Source of the DNA: Laetmonice hystrix
Taxonomy: Eukaryota
Direction: 5' to 3'
Length of the DNA stretch: 64,000 nt
NCBI GenBank assembly: GCA_965235115.1
Contig: OZ249451.1
Coordinates: 10,354,001-10,418,000 of the forward strand
Every line of letters starts with the position of its first letter. The first letter of the stretch is position 1. The notes under the pieces are model-generated. The model worked only from the letters and a program-made list of their open reading frames with translations. It was not told where the DNA came from and ran no database searches. The translations under genes were made by a program, and so were the position numbers. This document shows, piece by piece, positions 26,101-38,100 of the stretch.

Positions 26101-29100
26101 CAATGGTTTCTATCTCACAGGCATGGAGGAACGCTTGGTGATCACAGTGGAGCACAAAGATGAGAGGTGCCAGCAGCTCATGCATTCCCTGTAACCATAG
26201 AAACACGTTACCATGGTTACACCCAATAATTGCTTCCTGGTAACAATGTCACATAGCCAAATATCAAAACTACAATCATTTTTTTTAAACTCCTAGCAGA
26301 TGATTTTAAGCTCAATGTACTATTTATATTCATCGCAATAGACCCTTCCACACATGGTAAATGGGTAAATCACAAAATATACGTTTTCCAGATAAAAGTT
26401 TCTTTACAGTATTTTCAATACATATACATGTATTACATTTTCATATATCATATCTTAATATAATTGCAGTCGACCTAAATTACATTCTAAGCCTTAACCG
26501 TTTGTACTAGGAGTAGGAAGCGTAATCTAAGCAGGATACACAGAATGTTAGAAAAATGGGAAAGCTCCGACTGCCAAGTGCGTAGAACATAAGTTAGTAA
26601 TATACTGAAAGTTGAGGCACAATAACCCCTGAACATTATTTATAAATGGTGGGTTAAGAACCTTGTGACTACCTTCATGTATATTTATTTTCATATTAAT
26701 ATATCACTGAAGCAGCCTACGGAAGCAGCTTATGGGAACTTCTGGATAAAAGATTAACAGGGAATACAGTCAGAAACTGGACAATCAAAGCTAGTGCATG
26801 GCGAAAAAAAAATCTTATGGGAAAGTTTCCCATATACGATATCATTAATAAAAGCATGCATAAAACAAGGCAAGTTTTCCATCACCATGGTAACAAAGCC
26901 ACCTATCGTGATGCACATGCTAAGGCCAACCAACCTGCTTGTACATGAGCTTTGTGTTTACACGGGCATAGCAAAACAAAATGGCTAGCATTATCTCCTG
27001 GACAGCCTCACTGTGGAAATACGCTATCTCTGGGAAACTGAAAAAAGGCATACAACAAACAAATGAGATTGAGAGTGTGACTGCCGGGAAAATTAAAGCA
27101 ACAAGGATTTGGAGGATAAAATGACGCGATATTCGGAAAAGTAAATACCAAAAAAATAAACACTAGAAATGGAAAGAAAAATATTGATAAGTATGGATAA
27201 GTAAGGTATCTAAATAACCTGAAAGTTTTTTGTAAGTTGATAAATATCCCGGTCAAAATTCTTGATGGATTGAAACCTCAAGTTATGCACCCGATTTTTT
27301 GGCAGGGGTGGGGGGATGGGGTAGGGTAAGGACGAACAGCACATAACGTTCTCAATGTTGCATCGCTTGATGACACTGCCCCCTAGGGTCGAAGGGAAGA
27401 GCTTGTACCACCCACCCAAAACACATCATTTTACTAGTCCGAGGCAAGATTAATAGGGTAAATGTATCAGTTGAGGGTCACAAACTTGGGCATGGTAAAT
27501 GTTAACTAACAAGGTCTGCTAGAACAAAATACAAGCACATACAATATGATCAACCAAATTAATTAAAAAAACGTTTCATTTTTGACAGCCTCACAAAATG
27601 TCAAACAACACAACACTGACTACAGAGTTACATTCAAAATGAGATATTTATCTACAAAGTTGGTGAGTGTGACCCTCTGCTCATGAAACTCCCTCTCATA
27701 TAACAACCACAGCATGGTGTCTGACACTGGAGAAATTTCAACATATCAAAACACTGGAATAAATTTGTATTGTTGAGACCTTCAGGATACAAATCTCAAA
27801 ATTTTGTTCTTTTTAAATTTGATATAATTTAACTTAAGATGGCTTCAAAAAACTTTGAACTTCACAACACATTCAATTTGCTCTCGGTGAAACAGAATCA
27901 GATACTTCACTGAATGTTGTTATTTTGTTCCATGCAAACACTCTGAGAGAAAGCTTCAGAATAATGTCAGGATCTCTGGCGACTGGCGCCTTTAGTGGCG
28001 ATGAATGGAAGCATGCTGAGCAGACGATATTTTGGTCTCAACTTATTCTGACCTGACGATATGAACAATCAGGGTTCAGTTTGGCGTAGATGAACAAACC
28101 ATCCACCATCATCGTACGGATGTGATCAGTATGAAAAAAATCTATCTTTGGATAGCTGCAGTAGAATAGAAAAAGGTTTAGATAAAAAAAAAGTCATATT
28201 CACATGCCATTACCACTTAATGAGTTTGATTTTCTCATGGATTTATAGACTTACCAGAGAACAGGGGGCCTGACAAGACCTTATTATCCAAGTGCTCATG
28301 TAGTGTAACAGGGTTCCCACAGGTTGGCTATATTGAAATTTCATGACTTTTCCAGACCAAAACTCCCAAATTTCATGTCCAATTCCAGCCAAAATGAACA
28401 AAATACACAAAATCTCAGAACTGTGCCCTAGTACGTCATGGAACTTACAATTTTGGTCTGACAGAAACAAAACTGTGGTTAAAGAGAAATCTCAACTCCC
28501 ATGACTTTTCCAGACCTGGAAAACCAAATTTCATTTCCCTTAACTTTTCATGACCGTGGGAACCCTGTTTAACCCTTTCTCCTTACATATTACGTTGATT
28601 GCTATTGTCTTTTAGACATTTATGTGTCCCAAAATCACGTTTTTCGAAAAGAAAATCCAAAATGGCTCGCCCACGTGGGGTGGTGCGCAAAACTGGGTCA
28701 GCCTCTGTGGCGACTGTGACGTAACAAACGTCGCCGGCATAGGGTTAACGCTGTTTGATTTACGCAGTTTGGTAATCCCAATACCTTTGCTGCATGTACC
28801 AGTATACTAATTCCCATAACAAGACTGTTGGACCCCATCTATTTTTAAATCTATACATTTTCTTTATTAAATGTGGCCAAGACTGTGATAGTGTCGTCTT
28901 ACTTCCTGGTGTCTTTATAAACATTCTTAGTACATGAATACTTGGAATGACAAAATGACTTACACAAAACAAAAAAAAGAAAGAAATTCATAGTACATGA
29001 AGCGTAGACTTACGTGCGTATCACATCCTGTTTGATGGTTAGTCGTAGTTCATTATCCTGGAAAAACTGATTCCAAGGAGACTGTATGGGAGGAAACCGG

Positions 29101-32100
29101 CAGGTATATTGAAAGATAAATAAACTGAGCAATAACGTTTGTCGTTACTCACACCACAGGACAACAGGATGTGCTTTTCTTTACATTTTCATGAGTTCCC
29201 CCTCCCCCTCCTGATTTTAATATTTATCAGAGGATTTCATTATATATACGCCAAGCACACCTCTTGCTCTTGAGATAAGGGATTGTTGACTGACAAGTCA
29301 GCTTTGTCCATGGCCTTTCTGGGGTTGATGATCAACTGAAACAGAAAAGGTAAATTATCGGAAAATCACGCTTGGAAAGTCTATGATAACAACAGGTGAA
29401 TGTGATTCTGACATTGGACATTAAGTAAATCAACATGATGAATTCAGTACCGGTAGATTTGTTACACTTTGACTAGAGGTATTGTATGTAGATGATGAGG
29501 ACTTTAGACAGACCTTTGTTTTCAAGTCTTCATATTTCTTCCTCCATCCTCGTGTTTTGGCCATCCACTCTCTCCTATTCTCAGGTAAACACTCTAGGTA
29601 CACCTTTTGTGACAAAAAAACAATGACTGTAGTTTTACACAATACTGATGTCTAAAGGGTACAACTTCCAGGTTTATACATCTGAGATACAAGAGAGCTG
29701 TAACTAGAAAGTATACCACACATGTACTTTATAAGGTTTGGCGCTGTACAGTTCAAATGATGGTATACATACATTGTACCAGATCAGCCGTGAACATCGA
29801 ATACATGTATAAGACTTTGTTTCGGCGACTTGCCTAAATTCTCCCCTTTTGGGGGTATAGCTTTATTTCCGTCATTAAATACACTTTCACCAGTTCGCCA
29901 TCTTTTCTTCTCTCTTACTCCCCGTAATGCCTAACGGGATTAACTGGAAAAAAACCCGTGCTTACTACACGTGACTCCCAGTGGGATTTTTGTTGGAAAT
30001 AAACGTCCATGTTAACCGGAAACGAAGTTCAAGTTCAAAACATATAAATTATTTAAACCAACAGTTTCTTGTAAAAGCGTTCAGAACATTCTCCCCTCCT
30101 TGATACAATGTATCAACACTGCTTTTAGTCATCTACTGAACTTTCGAGGCGGCACAGCTTCACCACTGGTCGCTTTACTACGGTCCTCCCCACTTGTACG
30201 GTGGCTACCCGCACTTTCTTGTCCTTTCCCGGAAACACTTCCACAATGCGTCCGAGGGGCCATCTACCTCGAGGCGTGTCTGATGACATTACGACCACGA
30301 CATCTCCCGCCTTTAGATTGTCATGGTCCTTGAACCATTTTTTCCTTGGGTTCAATCCTGGAATCCACTCCGCTATCCAACGGTGCCAAAAGTGCTTGGC
30401 CAACTCCTGGACACGTCGCCACCGTCGTCTTGGATGCACAGCTGTTGATTCGTCACAACTGGCTGCAAACTGTCCCCCCATTTGACCCATGAGGAAGTGG
30501 TTGGGCGTCAGAGGCACAAGGTCGGCAGGGTTGCTGGTCTGGTAGGTCAGTGGTCTCGAGTTGATCAGTCCCTCTGCTGCAATCACTGCACTCACAAGCT
30601 CACTGTCTGTGACGTCGGCGTTACCCAGAATGGCATTTATGGCTTTCTTGGCGGCCTTGATCATCACTTCATGAACCCCGCTGAAGTGCGGCGCTAATGG
30701 TGGATTGAAGTGCCACTTCACTTTTTTGCATGCAGTTGCCTCCTGTACCCGGTCTGCATCGATATTGGCAGCTGCTTCCAGTTCCTTTTGCACCCCAACA
30801 AAGTTAGTGCCATTATCCGATACCATTTCCTCTGGCATACCTCTTCTCCAGGCCATCCGGTAGAACACATCCAGGAAGGCGTCGGTGTCCAGGCAATAAG
30901 CAACTTCAAGATGCACGGCCCTGGTTGCCAGGCAGGTGAAAAGACACAGATAACGCTTGGTACGGATCTTGCCTCTGCCTTGCTTTGTAAGGAATGGCCC
31001 AGCAAAATCCACAGAGGCCTGGCTGAAGGCTCGCATAGATTTCTTGAGTCAGCATTCTGGCAAAGGGGCCATGACCTGTGTGGTGGCACGAACCTTGTCC
31101 CTCCTGCACTTCATGCATTCCCTCTCCCACTCACGAATTGCCTCTCTTGAGGCCATGATCCAAAACCTGGAGGAGAGCAAAGCCAGTACCTGGTTGGTTC
31201 CCCCATGTTGAGCTGCTTCATGATAGTCTTTCACGATCAGCTTTGTAATCCTGTGATTCCTTGGGAGGATGATGGGAAACCTGGTTTCCCATGGTAACCA
31301 TTCTGCATACTGTAGCCGACCATCACATCTGATTAACCCATCCTCGTCTAGTTTTGGCTTTAAGGGTGATAACCTTGAGCCAGTTGGCAACTCTCTCTCC
31401 GCTGTCAATGCCTGTAGCTCGTCCTTGAATGATTCCTCCTGGGCCACTCGGATGAGGCGTACTTCTGCTGCATGTATGTCCTCTGAGTCAATGGGCCCCT
31501 TTCTTCGCAACTGTGGTGGAAGTTGGCAGTTCTCCACAAAGCGCATCACCCTTGCCAGAACTCTTGTAAGACGTTTCCAGCTTGAGAATCTGTTTGGGTG
31601 TAAGCGGTCAGCCTCGGACCAGCTGACAGTCAGTAAGACACGATTCTTCACATCACTACAAAATCGCTTCTTGATTTCAGGATCCAGTTCTGTGGGTTCA
31701 TCTATCTTGTTTATGGGCTAGCTCTGTGGCTCCCCTCGCAAGTACTCCGGACCTGCCCACCAGCTGTCCTCGCTGATGAGGGTTTTCACAGCCCTACCTC
31801 TGGTCAACATGTCCGCTGGATTAATCGTTCCAGGTACAAACCTCCACTGGTCAGGGTTTGTCTCGCTCTGGATTTCTCCAACTCTGTTGGCTACAAATGG
31901 CTTGAAGTTGCGACTTCGCCCACGGATCCAGAACAGAGTATCACTGCTGTCGGACCAGAAAGTCCAGTCGTTTTTGTTAAGCTGCAAGGTGCTCCCAATG
32001 GCGATGGCCAGTCTCAAGCCGACCACAGCCGCCATGAGTTCGAGGCGCGGGATACTTATCGCTTTCAAGGGGGTCACGCGAGCCTTTGCTGCCACGAGCC

Positions 32101-35100
32101 GACAGGACACAGTTCCGTCTTCATACTCGTACCTGGTATATCCCACCGCGCCATATGCATCTTGTGACGCGTCAACAAAGATGTGCAGGGAAATCTTCTG
32201 TACCACACCGGTTATCCTCAAGCATCTTGGAATCTGCAGACTTTGAAGGTCCTCTAATTCCTGAAACCACTGATGGGCATTTGCTGACAGAGCTCTTGCC
32301 AACAGGTCGTCCCAGTCCGCCCCACTTGTCCACATGTCTTGGAACAAGATCTTGGCTCTGATCACATATGGGGCTAGAAACCCCAGCGGATCGAACAGGG
32401 TAGCAATTTTCTTCAAGAACCCTCGCTTTGTCTGGCAGCAGGACATCGCTGGTATGTTTGCTTGAAACTTGAACACATCTTCACTTGGTGACCAGAGAAC
32501 CCCCAGAGTTTTCACATGAGGCAGTTCTCCAAGATCCAGATCCACTTCAGATGCACAGTCCCCTGCTGGGACCTGTCTCAGCAGCTCTGCTTCGTTTGAG
32601 AGCCACTTCCTTGCATGCATTCCAGCTGCTTCTAACATGGTTGACAATTGTAGATACAGGTCAATACCAGTCTTCACGTCAGGAAGGGAGTCCATGGTGT
32701 CGTCCATATAGGTGCTTTTCAAGACGGCTTCGGCTGCCCGGGGATACTGATCTTCATGTCTCCTGGCATGCTCCTGGGTGACAAACTGTGCCATAAACGG
32801 TGAAGAGTTTACCCCAAACACCACTCGTGTGAACTCGTATACGTCCGGAGCTCTATGGTCATCAAGGTCTCTCCACAGGAAGCGGTGGTATGGTCGATCT
32901 TCTGGTGCTAGTTTGATTTTGAGATACATTTCAGCCACGTCACATATCACTGCAACCGACTCTCGACGAAAGCGAAGTAGTACAGCGAAGAGCTCGTTTT
33001 GAAGTTTTGGCCCATGATGCAGCTTGTCGTTGAGACACACATCTCCACATTTTGCTGATGCGTCAAACACAATACGTGTTTTTGTTGTTTTCTTGTCTGG
33101 TCGCAAAACCGGGAAATGTGGCAAGTACCACACTTCAGTCGGTAGTCGTTCTTCTCCTGGCACCTTACGTATGTAGCCCTTTTCCTGATATTGGTCAAGT
33201 ACTTTCCTGTAGGCTTCCCCCACAATTGGATCCTTAGTGAGCTTCTTCTCCGTGCTTTGAAGCCGCTTCAGCGCAACCTTGTAGTTGTTAGGAAGTGGTG
33301 TTTTGTCCTTCCAAGGTAGTCCCACACAATAGTTTTCACCGCCCCAACTGAGGCTTCCCGTGACACTCTCCATAGCTGCTTTTTCTTCCGGTCTCATCAC
33401 TGTTGCTTCCTTTGGTTCTTCAAGCTCCCAAAACCTGCGTACCAGGCTGTCCAGGTCTGGTTGGGTGTTTATAAAGCAAGTGCGGTGGGTCTTGGATCTT
33501 CCACCGACATCCTCAATCTTCCCTACACATGTCCATCCCAGAGGAGTCAACCTGCCTATCGGTTCTCCTCCTTGCCCCCGTACATCCTCTTCTGAGCATA
33601 TCAGATCAATGTAGTCTGCTCCTATCAGTAGGTCTACTTTTGCATTCGCCTCGACTCTAGGAAACGGAATCCCAGCTAAGTGCTTCCATCGACTCCTGTA
33701 CCTGTTCCAGTCAACCACCTCTAGGTCTCCAACGATTCCTTGACTCGTTTCTGCTCACATGGTCTGTTTTATCTTCCCGTCAAGGCTCTCAATGGTAAAC
33801 TCTACATCAGCGCTTTGAAAGGTGATTTCTCGATTCTGGAAAACCTTGACAGAAGATTCGTGTGGGATTTTTACCAACCCCAACTCATCAGAAACATCTT
33901 CTTCCAAATAGGTCCGGGTGCTTTGGGCATCAAACAAGGCATATACCTTTAGCCTGGTCCTTCCATTTGAGATGTAGACTGGAGCCGTCCTTAATCCTAT
34001 TAGCGTTCTTGACGTGCTAGCCACCATGGTGTGGTTTTTCGCTGGACTCTCCCCTTCCGTGCTAGGCCCCTTTTGAATCCTTTTTGACATCTTTTCAGAA
34101 GGACTAGTCTCTGTAGTTAGCTGATCCTTGTTCACAGGTCGGTCGAATTCCTCTGGCCTGGTGACTCGTCTGCCAGAATGGAGCAGTCGATGGTGCTGTG
34201 ATTTGCAGTTCTGTATCCCACACATTCTACTTCGTCTGCAGGTCTCTCCCTGATGACCACTTCCGAGACATCTAAAACATAGCTTGTGGTGCTTTGCTAC
34301 TTCCCAACGTTGGTCTGCACTCATATCCTTAAAGCGGTCACAGGCCCATGGTCCGTGACACTGGTCACACAATACACAATTTCTGTTCAATCCTTTTTCT
34401 GGTTTCGCCTCCTGTATGGCAAATGTCCTTTGGCGGTTTTCTCGTGGATTCGTGTTCTGTTGCTCTCTTGCCATTCCTTTGGACGTCTCCTCTGCCTCTA
34501 TCAGGTCTCTGGCTTCTTCATTCACATATTCAAGCAGGCTCTCTACCCTTTCTGGCAGCCCCTTTTCTCGAACCCACCGCTTGTACTTAGCAACCAAAGT
34601 CGTGTCCATCTTCCTCAGGAGCTGTATATAGAAAGCTCCTTTTCTGAGATCAGCCTCATTTCCTGAATCTCGAAGCTTGACAATCACAACATCTACGAGT
34701 TCTGCAAACTGCTCTAGTTCTCTAGGCTTGCCATCTCGCACCTGCTTGAAACGGTCTAGGTCCTCTAGTCTGAGGATGAGTTGACGCTGTTCCCCACCAT
34801 ATTTTAACTCAAGTCGCTTCATAGCACTTTTGTAAGCGGACGGTGAACACCCTAGTTTTTCAATCGTTCGCAGGGCTTCCCCTTCACAATATTCCAGGAG
34901 GCGCAACATCTTGTCCACGTCAGTTAGGTAGCGGGATTTGTCCACACATTGCACGAAAGCAGCATGCCAGGCTTCATACCTCCTTTTGTCACCACTGAAC
35001 TTGTGTAGAGAGACAGGCTTCAAATGTCTTGACGGCTCATAATATCCTTCCATTAATGAGGCACGCTGGGGGCCTTGCTCATTAGAGTCTCTAATCTGAT

Positions 35101-38100
35101 TGATTTGGTCTACCGGCACCAGCAGTGGAGGGTCTGGCCATTTTTGGTCTGGTGGAGTTGATGCAATTGGCCCTCGAAACGAAGGAATGTGGTCTGCAGT
35201 CACCTCATGGGGTGTCTGTGGTCTGCCAGGTACCCATGGCGAGAGTGGACGGAATGACGGAACAACCTGCGGCAAACTCTGAACCTTTGTCATACCTGGC
35301 CTCATTTCATCCCCAACTAACTGCTTTCTTGTGGTCTGTGATTTCTCCAATTGCTCCACTGGTGGAGTGCTCTCCTCTTCAAAGTATACTCTCTCCACTT
35401 GTGCCCTCTTGTTCTGAACCTCTCTCTCAACTTCCCCAGCCTGTTGCTTGAATGCCACAGCTCTCTTAATCTCATCAGCTCGCTGTAGAGGGTCTGATGG
35501 GGTCGATGCAATTACCCTGTGCACTGCAGAAATGGGCCCAGCTGCCCCTTCAAGGTGTGCCTGTGGTCTGGCAGGTAACCATGGCGAGAGTGGACGGAAT
35601 GACTGAACACATGATAAATTTTGATCCTGTGTTATACCTGGCCTCGTCGCATCCCCCCATAGCTGTTGTATGTCGGTTAGTCTCTCTAGCTGACCTCTGC
35701 TTAGCTGGTCCTCAATTAATGGCTGGATCATACTATCATAACTATGTTCACTTATTGATCCTGAGGCGTCTGCTTGGCTAGCTAAGTACTCGCGAGCTCT
35801 TTGGCTTGACTGCTCAAAATCCTCTCCTTGCTTTTGAAGGTCACTGAGAACTTTGCTGGCTCCATCTGCATCTGGAGTCCTCTCATAGTGGTCAAATAGT
35901 TCATTACATACCTTCTGCAAGTTGTCAAATGCTGCCGATAATTCCTCTAGCTTGTCTGCAGCCTGGGTGTTAGATCCTCTCCCACTGTCAATCACACTGA
36001 ACAGCCGATTTTTGGCCTTCGTATAAACACCTTTTCGTGCTGTCTTCTCCCGCTCCAGTTTCAACACATTGAACGCATCCATTGTCCTCAGTCAGTAATA
36101 AAATCCTCAACACAACCTGACTTCCTATCAATCTGCCTGTTACTCCACGGCAGTGCACCAACAGTTCACGTAGAAGTTAGAAGTATAGAGTCTCTGGTAA
36201 CGTAACGTTATCCACGTGGCCCGGCACGCACAGCCACAGTCGCTGACAACTCTGCAGGTTCCCGACTTGAAATCCCACGAACTGAAGTTCCACTTCCAGT
36301 CGACATTAATCCATGAATATTCCGTACCATTTCCAAAACCACGCTCTGCTACCAATGTTTCGGCGACTTGCCTAAATTCTCCCCTTTTGGGGGTATAGCT
36401 TTATTTCCGTCATCAAATACACTTTCACCAGTTCGCCATCTTTTCTTCTCTCTTACTCCCCGTAATGCCTAACGGGATTAACTGGAAAAAAACCCGTGCT
36501 TACTACACGTGACTCCCAGTGGGATTTTTGTTGGAAATAAACGTCCATGTTAACCGGAAACGAAGTTCAAGTTCAAAACATATAAATTATTTAAACGAAC
36601 AGTTTCTTGTAAAAGCGTTCAGAACAGACTTGCTTTTTTAAAACAGAAAATAAATTTGACCAATTTGACAGAGAGGAACCATGGTTTGTTGCGCCTAGAG
36701 CAGATAGCTGGAGCAGGTGTAAAGACAGACCTTCCAGCAGATGCTGCGGAATCGGCTGCTGCGGAGTCTGCCTGCCATGCCGAAGTCCTTCAACCTGCGC
36801 ATGTAGTCATCCTCCATGAAGAGCCGCTCCCACTCGGCACTGTAAACATAAACCAAGAGATATTTATCACAGTTCTAGCCACATTAAAGTTTGTACATGC
36901 TACATGTTCACAGTTATCATACATATAATCTAGCCTTTTTCTCGCTTTTTGAAGTCAAGTATATTTCATATGTTACTTTTTAAAAATTACATGATTTTTG
37001 AAAACAAATGCTCATGCCTTATACAACTTTTGGTTCTAGTGAAAACTTTCAGAAGTTTCCTTAAACAGCAATGTGAAGGAAGAATGTGTCAAAGTACAAC
37101 ATTGTATGAAAATATACTACATGATCTGATTTGAGTTAGGGTTAATAACAACAGGCCCCATGGGTATGGTGTCTCCCGGGCGACCGGGCAAGTTTTTATT
37201 GTCCAAGTCGCATTTTGTGAAGTATATCAGATAGCTGCAAACGGTATTTAACATAGAATGTGCCCCTTCTATTGTTACTCAGTGAGAACAACAGCTGGAT
37301 GTCCATTCAAACCGTTTCTAGAGACACCTGTTCTGATCCTAACAATATATACCCACCCCGGATGATTACATTCAGGTCATGCCTCTACACCAACAGGTGC
37401 GTGCTGCCCCAGTTTATATGTAGGGGGACAAAACAAGATGGCACGTAACTAATTACTTCTACTGCATTGAAGGCGGATCTACCAATGCCATTAGTAGGAT
37501 CACCATCAGCCCCCGTGACATTTATCCAACACTACCAGTAATCCTTCAGTTTAAAACAAAGTGCACAGAACACTTTAAAACAATTGCTCATGGCCCCAGA
37601 CCCTTTTTGCTCCGGCAGTAGGCAATGCTTTCCATTAGAGCACACTGTATTTCTATGCCTATATAAATACAGGAAGTACAGGTACACATTGATCAAGGAT
37701 TTGATGTGCAAAATTACGAAAAAACTTTATTTAGCATGAGACATAAATTCTTTTACATATTTTGTTTGTGTCTTTACAATTTCGCACTCTCTTTAATCAG
37801 AGCCTCACTAAAACTTTAAACAAGACACCAGGCTGCCTAGCATAAAAGCTAATAAGCACCAATAACTAAAACTTTTTCCAAATTTATGTAATTCTCAACC
37901 CTTCCCTGATTCCTATTCTGTTATTCAATTATCTCAAAGTTGAGCCTTACCAATACGCTGTGGCCACGCTGGTACTCTCCACATCCTCCATGTTAGCTGC
38001 TGCTACCCTCCTCATAACATGGTCATCATTGCTAACACAATCTTTGCCGTGGTTTCCATTGTTGCTGACCTTGTTGCCTAGAAAAAGAATGTGGGTCATT

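Larger units (their letters stand above)
29818..36626 (-). mobile_element. Full-length BEL/Pao LTR retrotransposon
   Basis: 271-bp TG..CA LTRs differing at 2 positions, 5-bp TSD GACTT (29813-29817 and 36627-36631), PBS, PPT, and gag-PR-RT-RH-IN domain order. Confidence 0.97.

Noticed and set aside
28573-28744. piggyBac-like MITE (TTAA-CCCT...AGGG-TTAA)
   Set aside because: The inverted match is only 4 bp beyond TTAA, which is insufficient.
31049-33757. Programmed stop read-through as the reason for the in-frame stops
   Set aside because: BEL/Pao normally has one ORF. Two stops replace expected W and R residues inside pol, and three successive read-throughs are implausible.
30100-35781. Many + strand and alternate-frame ORFs over the retrotransposon
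   Set aside because: Shadows of the long gag-pol frame with no recognisable motifs.
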